A stretch of DNA of 64,000 bases from Candidatus Moraniibacteriota bacterium (GTDB taxonomy: Bacteria; Patescibacteriota; Minisyncoccia; Moranbacterales; GCA-2747515). Under the pieces are notes generated by a model that was given only the letters and a program-made list of their open reading frames with translations, was not told the DNA's origin and did not search any database. Shown here in pieces: positions 41,023 to 52,061 of the stretch. The stretch spans positions 705,734 to 769,733 of the forward strand of contig CP175956.1 of NCBI GenBank assembly GCA_046116545.1, read 5' to 3'. Position 1 is the stretch's first letter. Every line of letters starts with the position of its first letter. A program made the translations under genes and the position numbers.

Positions 41023-42501
41023 ATGGAACCAGAAGTAACAATGATAGAGAGTGGACTTGTTCTTTTAGGGACAATAGTATTTTATGTATACTGGGTCATC
41101 GCACTTTTTGTAATACTTATGGATGAAGATCGTGAATCAACAAGTGTTGTCTCTTGGTTATTGATAATTTTTATATTTCCAATATTTGGTTTTGTTCTAT
41201 ATCTTTTATTTGGCTACAATCACAGACATAAAAAAATGATAGAAACGAAACAACCTCCTGAGAGTAAAACTGTGATGACTTACAATAATCTAGTGGAACG
41301 TTTTCAAAAGAAAGCCTCCTCACTTAAAACTGTACCAGATGAGGCATCTCTGAAATTAGCGACACTTGTAAAAAGTAGTTGTGACTCAATAGTGACAACA
41401 CATAACACATTAAAGATTTTAAACTCTGGACAAGAAAAATTTGATTATCTCTTAAAAGATTTAAGAAAAGCAAAAAGTTTTATCCATATGGATTACTTCA
41501 TATGGAGGGATGACAAATTAACAAAAGAAGTAAAAGATATTTTAATTGAAAGAGCAACAGATGGTGTTGAAGTTCGTATAATAATGGACTCACTTGGCGC
41601 GTTAAGACTACGTCGCAAATATATTAAAGAACTGAAAACACATGGAATCAAAGTCCATTTATTTTATAATATATTTTCCCCTTCAAAAATACTTTTTTTC
41701 AATCATCGCTCCCATAGAAAAATTGTAGTTATAGATGGAATCATCGGATACACTGGAGGTATGAATATGGGCCAAGAATATATTGATGGAAAACCCATGT
41801 ATACAAGCTGGCGAGATACGCATTTACGATTAACTGGAGAATCTGTACTACTTTTACAAAAAATCTTTATAGAAAACTGGTATGACATGTCCCGAGAAAA
41901 CTTATACCATACACGTTATTTTCCATATGCTACTGAAAACTTACCTGAACAAGAATTACCTATACAAATAGTTCACTCAGGTCCAGACAGTACATGGCCA
42001 TCTATCCAAAAAATGTATTTTTCTATGATAAACTCTGCGACAAAATATGTTTATATTCAATCCCCTTATTTTGTACCAGACAAAAGCATTATTTCTGCTA
42101 TCTCTACAGCTGCTCTAAGCGGTATTGATGTACGAATAATAGTAACGGGAGTGCCAGACAAAAAAATACCCTATTGGACTGCTTTCACTTACTTTAGAGA
42201 TATTTTACAAGCTGGTGGTAAAATCTATCATTACAATGCGGGTTTTATGCATTCAAAAAGTATAGTCATTGATGACAAAATTGGCTCAATTGGAACAACT
42301 AACATGGATATCAGAAGCTTCAAGTTAAACTATGAAGTTAACACTTTATTTTATGATGAACACAAGACTCACGAAATGAAAAATATATTCAAAGCTGATT
42401 TAAAAAATTGTACAGAATTCACATTAAAAGATTATGAAAATATTAGTAGACTAAAACAAGTGCGAAATTCAATGGCAAGACTTGCATCTCCATTGCTTTA
42501 G
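41023..42501 (+). CDS. cls: Cardiolipin synthase
   Basis: PLDc_N TM pair, HRKIVVID and HSKSIVID HKD motifs, SGPD, SPYFVP. Confidence 0.93.
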   Translation: MEPEVTMIESGLVLLGTIVFYVYWVIALFVILMDEDRESTSVVSWLLIIFIFPIFGFVLYLLFGYNHRHKKMIETKQPPESKTVMTYNNLVERFQKKASSLKTVPDEASLKLATLVKSSCDSIVTTHNTLKILNSGQEKFDYLLKDLRKAKSFIHMDYFIWRDDKLTKEVKDILIERATDGVEVRIIMDSLGALRLRRKYIKELKTHGIKVHLFYNIFSPSKILFFNHRSHRKIVVIDGIIGYTGGMNMGQEYIDGKPMYTSWRDTHLRLTGESVLLLQKIFIENWYDMSRENLYHTRYFPYATENLPEQELPIQIVHSGPDSTWPSIQKMYFSMINSATKYVYIQSPYFVPDKSIISAISTAALSGIDVRIIVTGVPDKKIPYWTAFTYFRDILQAGGKIYHYNAGFMHSKSIVIDDKIGSIGTTNMDIRSFKLNYEVNTLFYDEHKTHEMKNIFKADLKNCTEFTLKDYENISRLKQVRNSMARLASPLL

Positions 42502-42560
42502 ATATATATTTCCACAAAAAAAGCTACCATACTTTAAAGTATGGTAGCTTTTTTAAAATC

Positions 42561-43475
42561 TTATTTTTCTTCCCAAGGTCTTATGCATTCTTGTTTTTCT
42601 TCACTCCAACTATACCCAGCTGAACCGATACAACCATGTTCATCTTTATCATTCCCCACCATTTGTTCTTCTGGTGTAATTTCTTGCACCGTTGTCTCAA
42701 GAGGAGTTACATCCATCAAAACAAAGTCTGTTGTACCTATGCCTTTTGTTGAATATTGCTTTGTGATTTCTATAGTTGGCTTTGCACTCATCGGTTCATC
42801 ATCTTCACGAACAAGGTATGTCACATGAATCATGCGTCCATCAACTTTAAGTTCTTTAATTACAATACGATCACCCAACAAATATGTCCCATCAGCTGCA
42901 AGATATGTTCCATCTGGTTGCTGAATGATTGCACCCACATAATAAAATGTACCACTTCCTCCAGGATCTTGCGTAAGTACAACAGCGCCATCAAGCGTTG
43001 CACCTGTCCCCTGTTGCAAATCACCTTCTGCCATAAAATCAGTTGTCTGTGTAACAATTTTTGTTGCAGAACCTGGAGCAGCCTCTTCTTCAGATTTTCC
43101 ATCTACTAGTGTAACTTCTTCAATTTCTATTCTATATGTTGCATTTTTAATACCAACTTCAACCTCATCAGACACTGATTCTATTTCAGTTGGCGCATCA
43201 CTGCTACCATCTTCATATTCTGCACAGTATGGCTCTTGTGTTTGTGCACATGCCATCATAGTGCACGCCATTGGACCATCTGGATTTGCTCCAACACTAC
43301 ACATATTACACCCATCAAACCATGATATACAACCTTCTGGTGGAGTTGCTCTGTCATTTGTAGGATTTTCAACATCGACATCCTTTGGAGGTTCGACTTG
43401 TTCTGACGTATTACTTCCACATCCCGCCAAGAATATAATGACTGCAAACACAGGTATAATTATTTTTTTATTCAT
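42561..43475 (-). CDS. Lipoprotein with Cys-rich modules
   Basis: LAGC lipobox; CISWFDGCNMC...CTMMAC; GGSGTFYY; GCIGSAGYSW...CIRPWE. Confidence 0.8.
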   Translation of the reverse strand: MNKKIIIPVFAVIIFLAGCGSNTSEQVEPPKDVDVENPTNDRATPPEGCISWFDGCNMCSVGANPDGPMACTMMACAQTQEPYCAEYEDGSSDAPTEIESVSDEVEVGIKNATYRIEIEEVTLVDGKSEEEAAPGSATKIVTQTTDFMAEGDLQQGTGATLDGAVVLTQDPGGSGTFYYVGAIIQQPDGTYLAADGTYLLGDRIVIKELKVDGRMIHVTYLVREDDEPMSAKPTIEITKQYSTKGIGTTDFVLMDVTPLETTVQEITPEEQMVGNDKDEHGCIGSAGYSWSEEKQECIRPWEEK

Positions 43476-43573
43476 ATATTTTACTTATTTATTTGATAAT
43501 ATTTTAAGTATACAATATTTACAAAACAATACAATAATGTTAAATTTTATCTATAAAACGTTACTAATTTATT

Positions 43574-45175
43574 ATGAAAATACCTCAAAAATGGAATGTG
43601 TTAATCATTCTTTCTCTTGCTATGTTCATTGTTGTTATTGATACAACAATTATGAATGTTGCCATTAACGCTCTTGTCGAAGACTTAAATACAACTATAA
43701 CAGGAGTACAAACAGCCGTAACTCTATATGCACTTGTAATGGCATCTCTTTTTATTACTGGTAGCAAAATTGGTGATATAATTGGACGTAAAAAAGCATT
43801 TATCATTGGTTTACTGATTTATGGAGTTGGTACAACAATGACTGCATTTTCACAAAATCTGGGTATGTTAATGTTTGGTTGGTCAATCCTTGAAGGTATA
43901 GGCGCTGCACTAATGCTTCCAATTCTCCAAACACTTCTTCGTGGAAATTATTCAAAAAAAGATTTACCACTTTGTTACGGTGTTATAGGTGGTGTTGCTG
44001 CTGTAGGCGCTGCACTTGGACCAATTGTTGGTGGATATTTAACAACCTATCACAGTTGGCGTTGGGCATTTATAGGCGAATTAATTATTGTTATTATTGT
44101 ATTAGCATTTATTAAAATAATTAAAGACGTTGCTTATGAGTCTCCAATAAAACCTAAATTGGACCTAGTTGGAGTTTTTCTTTCAATTGTTGGTCTTTCT
44201 TCTATAATCTATGGAATTATACAGGCACAAACATATGGATTTTGGATGGCACAACAACCATTTATGATCAATGGACAAGAGTTTGCACCATTTGGGCTTT
44301 CTATCACACCAATTCTAATATTCTTTGGAATTACTGTTCTTGCGATTTTTGGATGGTGGCAATTACGACGAGAAAAAAACAATAAAGCACCACTTATTCG
44401 AATGTCCATGTTCAAAACTTCTGGACTAAAACCAGGTCTCACAATTGCTTTTATACAATCATTTGCACAAATGAGTGTTTTATTTACTTTACCGCTTTTA
44501 TTACAAATTAGTTTTAGTTTTGATGCTTTTGAAACAGGTGTCATCATGTTACCTCTTTCAATTGGATTACTGATTGCTTCTCTATTTGGTGCAAAACTAG
44601 CACAAACAATGTATCCTCGTACAATTATTTTAATTGGTATTTCTCTTATGGTTGTTGGAACATTTGTACTTCTTCACAATATTACGGAGTCATTAGATAC
44701 AACCAAGTTATGGCCAGGCCTTCTAATTATTGGTTCAGCAATGGGACTTGTTGTATCACAAATTATCAATGTTATCCTTTCACTTGTTAAACCAAATGAA
44801 ACAGGAGAAGCAGCATCTCTCATTACAACATTTCAACAACTTGGAACATCCCTTGGAACTGCAATAGCTGGTACTATTTTAATGATATCACTATCTGCAT
44901 CTGTTGCTTTACAAGTTAATGGCAATGAAATATTCACAGAAGAACAACAAGCTACTGTTATAACTGCAACAGAACAAGGAATTGAATTTGTTAGCAATGA
45001 CTACGTAGAAAACGCCTTACAAGATCAACCAGAAAATATTACAAATGAAATAATTAGCATCAATGAAACAGCACGTATTCATGCAATTAAAATGACTCTA
45101 TTTGCGATTGCAATTATTACAACTTTTGGAGTTATTGCAACACTATATCTACCAAGAAAAAAACTTTTCACTTAG
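43574..45175 (+). CDS. MFS transporter (DHA2-like)
   Basis: DTTIMNVA, GSKIGDIIGRKK, GPIVGGYLT, WRWAF. Confidence 0.92.
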   Translation: MKIPQKWNVLIILSLAMFIVVIDTTIMNVAINALVEDLNTTITGVQTAVTLYALVMASLFITGSKIGDIIGRKKAFIIGLLIYGVGTTMTAFSQNLGMLMFGWSILEGIGAALMLPILQTLLRGNYSKKDLPLCYGVIGGVAAVGAALGPIVGGYLTTYHSWRWAFIGELIIVIIVLAFIKIIKDVAYESPIKPKLDLVGVFLSIVGLSSIIYGIIQAQTYGFWMAQQPFMINGQEFAPFGLSITPILIFFGITVLAIFGWWQLRREKNNKAPLIRMSMFKTSGLKPGLTIAFIQSFAQMSVLFTLPLLLQISFSFDAFETGVIMLPLSIGLLIASLFGAKLAQTMYPRTIILIGISLMVVGTFVLLHNITESLDTTKLWPGLLIIGSAMGLVVSQIINVILSLVKPNETGEAASLITTFQQLGTSLGTAIAGTILMISLSASVALQVNGNEIFTEEQQATVITATEQGIEFVSNDYVENALQDQPENITNEIISINETARIHAIKMTLFAIAIITTFGVIATLYLPRKKLFT

Positions 45176-45213
45176 TGAAAAATTAAATATTATCAATCTT
45201 ACATTCTTTATAT

Positions 45214-46632
45214 ATGTATACAAAAATAAAACAAGTTTATATACTTCCTGCAATAATTTTGATATTTATTTCATTCTCTCCTTCAATTGCATCTGCAGAC
45301 TCTGTAAAGCTTCTAGAAGATCCACATGAAGCTTGGCAAGCACGTATTGACCTCATTGAACAAGCACAAGACACAATTGAAGTTGAATACTATGCAATTG
45401 AACCAGATACCGCTGGAAAAATTTTCATAGGTTCACTTTATGAGGCCGCTAATCGTGGTGTAAAAGTGCGTATTTTAATAGGCGGTCTCACACATTCTAC
45501 TATTCCAGATGAAGCAATTGGTGTGCTAATACAACATCCCAACATAGAATTACGATTTCACAATACTTTGGAAAAATGGTATAAACCATCTCACTGGCTC
45601 AAAGCACTTCATGACAAAGTGTTACTTGTTGATGATAAATATTTAATTAGTGGTGGACGCAATATTGCAGATAAATATTTTGATATGACACCACCCGAGA
45701 AACAACAAACAATTGACCGAGATGTATTATTCGTTGGTGCTGAAAATTCTGATAATATCCCAATGCAAGTAAAAAAATATTTTAATAATTTGTGGATGAG
45801 TAGATACGTATCCCTCACACCAACCGAAAATCACATTACAAAACCTTGCAAAGGAACTCCCCGATTTTTATACAATGATTTTATCATATGTACTTATGAC
45901 AAATGGAAACTTTCAAACAAAATACCACAAACAAAAGAGGACTTACAAATATTTTTGAATCAATATAAACAAGAGCACCCTGAACAATTCGATACAAAAA
46001 CTAACTGGGCACAACAAACACAACCAGTTAACTCAATACGATTTGCACATGACCCAACAGATGTGCCAAAAACATACAAGAATGGAACTTCCCTAGCCCT
46101 AGCTACAGAACTACGTAACGCAAAAAAATCAATACTATACTTTACACCATACATAGTAAAAACAAGAAGTTTTTTGGAAACTGCCGAAATTGCAAAACAA
46201 AATGGCGTTAAACAAACAGTTCTTACTAATTCTGCTTACTCTGGTGCAAATGTTTTTGGTATGGCTGGCACAGAGCTAGATTATAAAGACTTTCATAGTA
46301 GTGGACTTGAATATTGGACATGGCAAGGATTCCACAGCATGCACCACAAAACATATATAATTGATAATCACATTACAATTTCTAGCACATTTAATTACGA
46401 CCCTAGAAGTCAAAATCTCAATACAGAAATGCTTTTTATAATTGATGATGCAGATTTCACAAAAATTGTACAAGAAGCAAATCAAGTACTTTTTGATAAC
46501 GCTCTACAATTAGATACCCAAGGTAACACAATTCCAAGAGATGATGTCACAGAAGAATCTACTACATTTATTGATAATATTATTATGTTTCTTGCAAAAA
46601 TACCCTTTCCAATTATTCGTTGGGCAATTTAA
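45214..46632 (+). CDS. Secreted phospholipase D family protein (ClsC/YmdC-like)
   Basis: Signal peptide; HDKVLLVD..GGRNIADKYF; HHKTYIID..NYDPRS. Confidence 0.88.
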   Translation: MYTKIKQVYILPAIILIFISFSPSIASADSVKLLEDPHEAWQARIDLIEQAQDTIEVEYYAIEPDTAGKIFIGSLYEAANRGVKVRILIGGLTHSTIPDEAIGVLIQHPNIELRFHNTLEKWYKPSHWLKALHDKVLLVDDKYLISGGRNIADKYFDMTPPEKQQTIDRDVLFVGAENSDNIPMQVKKYFNNLWMSRYVSLTPTENHITKPCKGTPRFLYNDFIICTYDKWKLSNKIPQTKEDLQIFLNQYKQEHPEQFDTKTNWAQQTQPVNSIRFAHDPTDVPKTYKNGTSLALATELRNAKKSILYFTPYIVKTRSFLETAEIAKQNGVKQTVLTNSAYSGANVFGMAGTELDYKDFHSSGLEYWTWQGFHSMHHKTYIIDNHITISSTFNYDPRSQNLNTEMLFIIDDADFTKIVQEANQVLFDNALQLDTQGNTIPRDDVTEESTTFIDNIIMFLAKIPFPIIRWAI

Positions 46633-46700
46633 TATTAATACTACATATATACAAAAAAACAACTGCCCTTAAGCAGTTGTTTTTTATCAAAAGATATTCT

Positions 46701-47027
46701 TTATTTTTTCTTTTTCTTTGATGCTCCTACAGCCGCTGCTGTTGCAGCTGCTGCCAATGCCGCACCTACTGCAGCTGCTATTGCAGTTGCCTTATGTGGA
46801 TTTTTCTTTATATAACTAGTTGCTTTTTTATCTACAGCAGCTAATTGCTTTTTAACTTTTGCAGCTTGTTTATCTGCATTTTTTTTCATTTTTATAGCTT
46901 CTACTTTTGATTTCTTCTTAGCCTTTGCTGCATCTGCCACAGCTTTTTTCTTAAGTGCTAATGCTTTTTTCTTTGCTACATCAGTTTTTGTTGCCTTTTT
47001 CTTTGCAACCTTCTTTTTTGCTGCCAT
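46701..47027 (-). CDS. Lys/Ala-rich histone-H1-like protein with YqjD/ElaB-like tail
   Basis: KKKVAKKKA repeats; YIKKNPHKATAIAAAVGAAL. Confidence 0.7.
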   Translation of the reverse strand: MAAKKKVAKKKATKTDVAKKKALALKKKAVADAAKAKKKSKVEAIKMKKNADKQAAKVKKQLAAVDKKATSYIKKNPHKATAIAAAVGAALAAAATAAAVGASKKKKK

Positions 47028-47138
47028 TGTTTATTTATTACTTATTAACAAATAAATTATAACATATTTTACAATAACATGCATGGACAACACCCTTGAA
47101 ATAAAGTATTATTTAAATATTATTATTGATTTTTATTT

Positions 47139-47441
47139 ATGAAAAAACCCAGTTTTACAACAAAAGTACCCGTACCCTTACTAATTGTTTTTACATGGAT
47201 ATTAATTGGAATGTTCACAATGCACCGATTAGAAGATTGGACGTGGATTCAATGCTTTTACTATTCTGTTATCACACTTACAACTGTTGGCTATGGTGAT
47301 TTTGTTCCATCAAGTGATCCTAGCAGACTTTTTGCTGCATTTTATATACTGATTGGCGTTACCATTACTCTTGGTGCTCTAGGATATATTGGTTCACGAT
47401 ACCTTGAAAAAAGAAAAGATTCTCATTGGTCACAAAAATAA
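47139..47441 (+). CDS. Minimal 2-TM potassium channel
   Basis: TLTTVGYGD selectivity filter. Confidence 0.92.
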   Translation: MKKPSFTTKVPVPLLIVFTWILIGMFTMHRLEDWTWIQCFYYSVITLTTVGYGDFVPSSDPSRLFAAFYILIGVTITLGALGYIGSRYLEKRKDSHWSQK

Positions 47442-47460
47442 TTTCATCAAATTTCATACT

Positions 47461-48516
47461 ATGCAAAAACGTACACCACAAACAGAACAATATATAACTA
47501 TTGGATTTTTCATCTTACTTAGTATTTTTGGTTTTGCTGCATTTATTTCTACACAAAAATATATAGGAATGTTTTTTATAGCATTTGTTGTAACAATTGT
47601 TCTACACCCCGTTTACAAATGGCTCCTAAAAAAAGTACACTATAAAATAATTGCCTCTTTCATAACTATGGTATTTTTTATAATTATATTAATAATACCT
47701 TTATCAGTTATTGGATTGGTTGCAATAAATCAAGGAATTTCATTATTTACAGATTTAACTCAAAATATATCAATAGTTAAAACTAGTACTGAAATCACTA
47801 ATTTCATTACTACAGATTTATTTCCTGCAATTAATACAACCAGCGAATTTGATATTGAACAACTAATACAAAACACAACATTGAACATACTTGGACTACT
47901 ATCTGGAGCTGCGTTTTACTTAATTAGTAATGGGATGATTCTACTGATTGAATTTGGTATATTTTTATTATTTTTAACTTTTTTCTTTCCTGAAAAAGAT
48001 ACCTTATTAAATCAATTAACAAAAATTGCACCACTAACAGCTGAAGAAAGCTCTAGATTTGTAAATAGATTTGCTGCAATAACTAAAAAGCTATCTGTAA
48101 GTATTATAATTGTACCCCTGGTACAAGGAACACTTATGTGGTTTATATTTATGTTACTTGATGTTCCTGGTGCTATTTTCTGGGGCGTTGTTACTGGTGT
48201 AGTATCCTTATTTCCTGTTATTGGCGTATCCCTTATATGGATTCCTGCAACAATCATCTTTGCCATACAAGGCGACTGGATTAACGCTTCTATAATTGGA
48301 TTATACGGACTTATAATAATGAATTTTTCCGATAACCTGGTTCGTGCATGGCTACTCAAAGGTAAGGAAACGCAAGTGCCTGAACTTGTCACATTACTTT
48401 CTGCAATTGGCGGAATCTTTGCTTTTGGATTCTTCGGACTTTTTTACGGACCAGTCATAGTGGTAACATTTCTAGCTCTACTAGACATCTACAAAACAAG
48501 AATCGAAGCAAAATAA
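47461..48516 (+). CDS. AI-2E family transporter
   Basis: QG, P.IG..LIWIP, DNLVR, GG...FG..GLFYGP. Confidence 0.9.
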   Translation: MQKRTPQTEQYITIGFFILLSIFGFAAFISTQKYIGMFFIAFVVTIVLHPVYKWLLKKVHYKIIASFITMVFFIIILIIPLSVIGLVAINQGISLFTDLTQNISIVKTSTEITNFITTDLFPAINTTSEFDIEQLIQNTTLNILGLLSGAAFYLISNGMILLIEFGIFLLFLTFFFPEKDTLLNQLTKIAPLTAEESSRFVNRFAAITKKLSVSIIIVPLVQGTLMWFIFMLLDVPGAIFWGVVTGVVSLFPVIGVSLIWIPATIIFAIQGDWINASIIGLYGLIIMNFSDNLVRAWLLKGKETQVPELVTLLSAIGGIFAFGFFGLFYGPVIVVTFLALLDIYKTRIEAK

Positions 48517-48605
48517 TTCTCAACCAATTCATTATTTCCATTACAATATATAGCCATTAAAAAACAGACTCAATATTAAGTCTGTTTTTCATTTTTAGTT
48601 TAAAC

Positions 48606-49844
48606 TTATTTTTTAGATATCATTCCTTTAAATTTCTTTTTAAGGACTTCCCTATTTTCGTAAAGTTTAACTCCACCAAAAGCTAGTGAACTAAGAATTG
48701 TCATCCATACACCTATCACAAAACTAAGTTTCACTATACCAGTGACAATATACTCAACAATAAACTTTATACTATTAGTAAGGAGTGCTGCCTCTGCACC
48801 TGTTAATATATTTGTCCCCAGTACGATATTTTCAAATGGTATCACTCCAAGTAATAGCTTTGAAAGCAATATATAATGCAATACTGCTATAATAGCAATT
48901 GTTAATCCTGATGCAAATGTTATTGTTATTGTCTGTACAGTTCTACCTCCTGACTCTTTTCTATAAATTGCAAATCCACCAATTACCACTGATAAGAATA
49001 ATACAAAATAAGACCATTTTAAAATACCTTGTACATCCTGTCTCACATCAATTGCAATTTGTTTAATCTGTGCAATGGCATAACTAACATTGTATACATC
49101 TGTAAGTAATTCGTTCACACTAGAGTTCTGAGCCAATTCCTGAGCTCCTGAGCCAACCTTATCAACCACTGTACCAATTCCAGAATTTTTCATACTTTCA
49201 TTCATAACCATATCTATTTGTTCGGTAGTACAAGTCACCTCTGCTATATTCCCATTTGCAATTCTCAAAATATTTGCATTTACCTCATTCATACTTTTAC
49301 ATTCAGGTAAATTCTGAACTCCAAATGCATTTTTTGCAACATTTCCTAAAATTTGAGTAAAATTACTTTCTTTTATTCCTTCAATTTGTTCAGGAGTTGG
49401 TATATAACCAAACGCCTCATGAGCGTCTATTTCTCCCTTTAACCACTGTAAATCCGTCTCAATAGTTTTTTCAGTCACATTCTGAAATACGTCAGCTAAA
49501 CCGATCTTACCAAAAATATTTGATACCAAATCTGGAGTTTGTTTTTCTATAACTGTATCAAGTACAAAAGATAGTGCTGTATTTGCCAAGGTGTTATTTT
49601 TTACTGGTTCAGGCATTAAATTATTAACAAGATCTTTTTCCCAAGCAATAATCGCTTCAGAAACATTCCTTTCAATAACATTAGCTACTATTTCATAAAT
49701 ATGAGATTGATTAAGTGCTTCTTTGTATAATTCTTCATCAAGTGCTCTTTTATAAACAGTTATCGTAAATATTGACAACGACATCAATACTATAGATGCA
49801 ACACTAAGTACCCTTACCAATATTTTGTTTTGTTTTTTGGTCAT
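48606..49844 (-). CDS. Hypothetical membrane protein
   Basis: 1 N-terminal and 3 C-terminal TM. Confidence 0.75.
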   Translation of the reverse strand: MTKKQNKILVRVLSVASIVLMSLSIFTITVYKRALDEELYKEALNQSHIYEIVANVIERNVSEAIIAWEKDLVNNLMPEPVKNNTLANTALSFVLDTVIEKQTPDLVSNIFGKIGLADVFQNVTEKTIETDLQWLKGEIDAHEAFGYIPTPEQIEGIKESNFTQILGNVAKNAFGVQNLPECKSMNEVNANILRIANGNIAEVTCTTEQIDMVMNESMKNSGIGTVVDKVGSGAQELAQNSSVNELLTDVYNVSYAIAQIKQIAIDVRQDVQGILKWSYFVLFLSVVIGGFAIYRKESGGRTVQTITITFASGLTIAIIAVLHYILLSKLLLGVIPFENIVLGTNILTGAEAALLTNSIKFIVEYIVTGIVKLSFVIGVWMTILSSLAFGGVKLYENREVLKKKFKGMISKK

Positions 49845-49909
49845 AAATATATATTATTAATTATTATCTATATAATAAATCATATACACTGAAGTATCAA
49901 GAAAAATAA

Positions 49910-50947
49910 TTAATCACACTTATTTTTTCCAGCTAATTGTCCACAAGCACCATGAATATCATCTCCAATGCTTTTCCTTATCGTACAAGCTATTCCACCT
50001 CTTTTTACTAAATCCTTAAATCTTTGCACACTACCCGCAGTTGATGGCATAAATCCCTCATCAATTGAATTATATTTTATAAGATTGACAATTATCAACT
50101 TCTTGTCTCCAATTGATCTTAAATATTTTGTAAGCGCTATTGCATCTTCATTGCTATCATTTATACCATTAAGCATTATATATTCTATAAACAATCTCCT
50201 CTTATTCTTTGACAAATAATATTGCAATGACTTCTTTAGTCTTTCCAAATTATACGCTTTATTTACCGGCATATACTTATCTCGCTTTTCATCAAAAGCA
50301 AAATGAAGTGAAATAGCTAAATTAATCTGTCCAAACGCATCTGCGAATTTCTCAATACCAGGAACTACACCAGAAGTTGAAACAGATACTCCACGATTTG
50401 GAAAATTGCATAAACTTTCATCTGTTAATGCCTCAATACTTTCTTTCACATTCTCCCAATTCATAAATGGTTCTCCCATACCCATATACACAATATTTGT
50501 ATATGTACCCGCTATATCATTCTCTCGTAAATATCCTCGCCAAAAAACAGCCTGACTTACTATCTCATCAGTAGTTAGGTCTCGCCCAAGTCCAAGTTTA
50601 CCAGTAGCACAAAAATCACATGCCATCGCACAACCAACTTGAGATGAAATACATGCGGACCAAGTATCTGGCTTTGGAGAAATAAGAACAGATTCAATAA
50701 CATTTCCATCTTTGAGCTCAAATAATGCTTTTATTGCTCTTTTGTCACCAGACACAACAACTTCTTTAACGCTAAATGGATAAACATCCAATTCTTCACT
50801 TAACATTTTTCGCAAATCTTTTGAAATGGTCGTGATCTCATCAAAACTGCTAACGCCATCATAAAAAACAGCTTTCGTAATTTGCTTAAATCTAAATGCT
50901 GGTTGTTTATTGTCTTCTAAGACTTTTTCTAATTTTTTATAATCCAT
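49910..50947 (-). CDS. rlmN: Radical SAM 23S rRNA m2A2503 methyltransferase
   Basis: SSQVGCAMACDFC, MGMGEP, ISLH, GACGQL. Confidence 0.95.
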   Translation of the reverse strand: MDYKKLEKVLEDNKQPAFRFKQITKAVFYDGVSSFDEITTISKDLRKMLSEELDVYPFSVKEVVVSGDKRAIKALFELKDGNVIESVLISPKPDTWSACISSQVGCAMACDFCATGKLGLGRDLTTDEIVSQAVFWRGYLRENDIAGTYTNIVYMGMGEPFMNWENVKESIEALTDESLCNFPNRGVSVSTSGVVPGIEKFADAFGQINLAISLHFAFDEKRDKYMPVNKAYNLERLKKSLQYYLSKNKRRLFIEYIMLNGINDSNEDAIALTKYLRSIGDKKLIIVNLIKYNSIDEGFMPSTAGSVQRFKDLVKRGGIACTIRKSIGDDIHGACGQLAGKNKCD

Positions 50948-51018
50948 AAATATATACTCAAATATGTCATTACGAGAAATCGCTACAACAACGACATATT
51001 CTCGTTAGAATGACATTA

Positions 51019-52014
51019 TTATTTTAATAATGTGTTACCCGATGGTGTTAATTTCACTTGATGTTCTTCAAATGTAATTGTATCCTTATCAGTGTCAAAA
51101 GTGGTTTGAACTAACAAACCTTGTTTTGTTTCTTCTGAAAAATATTGATCAAATATAAAATTACCCAAAGAATAATAAATTGTCTTACCTTTATATACTT
51201 CTTTTTCTTGAATAACATGAGGGTGTGAACCAATAATAACATCTACACCCGAATCAATAATTTGATGTGCAATATTTTGTTCATTTTGTCGTGAAGATGT
51301 TTTATATTCTTCACCCCAATGTGTATAAGCAACAACAAAATCTGATTTATCTTTTACATTTTGAATATCATCCAAAGCATTTGGAAGAGCATTTTTAACA
51401 AATTGATTGTAATTAATAAATGCAATTTTTACACCATCAAAATCTTGTATAAAATATCTCTGTTCATCTTCTACGCCAGTATCACCAAAATAATATAAAC
51501 CACCTGCACGCATAAAGTTTTTCGTCTGCGCAATACCTTCCACTCCAAAATTACCAATGTGATTATTACCCAAGTTAACAATACAGAAATTATTATCCTT
51601 TAACATTTGTACACTACTAGAATCAAACGTAAAACGATAATTATCTGGTGAACCAAATTCTGAATTAACCGACACTGAATCATTTTTTGTAACTGGGCCT
51701 TCCAAATTTGCAACAACACAATCACTCTCATTAAATAATTCCGTCATATCAGAAATAATATATCCATATCCTTTATTTTCACCAGTTTGACGGATATATC
51801 TATCAAACATCATATCGCCACCAAAAAGAATTTTTACAGGTTCCCTATCCTCAATAGCATTAATTGCAATTACTGACATATTTTTTTCATCTTGTTGATA
51901 TTTAATATTTGATATACTTAATACCTTTAACGGTTGCACACTTTGAAAAGCAAAAAATACTAGAAAAATTCCAGTAAGTGAAAGCGCGAATATAGTAATA
52001 ATAATTTTATTCAT
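51019..52014 (-). CDS. CapA/PGA_cap metallophosphatase-like protein
   Basis: GDMM, NLEGP, GNNH, HWGEE, GSHPHV, YSLGNFIFDQ. Confidence 0.92.
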   Translation of the reverse strand: MNKIIITIFALSLTGIFLVFFAFQSVQPLKVLSISNIKYQQDEKNMSVIAINAIEDREPVKILFGGDMMFDRYIRQTGENKGYGYIISDMTELFNESDCVVANLEGPVTKNDSVSVNSEFGSPDNYRFTFDSSSVQMLKDNNFCIVNLGNNHIGNFGVEGIAQTKNFMRAGGLYYFGDTGVEDEQRYFIQDFDGVKIAFINYNQFVKNALPNALDDIQNVKDKSDFVVAYTHWGEEYKTSSRQNEQNIAHQIIDSGVDVIIGSHPHVIQEKEVYKGKTIYYSLGNFIFDQYFSEETKQGLLVQTTFDTDKDTITFEEHQVKLTPSGNTLLK

Positions 52015-52061
52015 TAGAAAAAGTATATCACAAATATCATATTTTTTCCATGCTTTAATGT

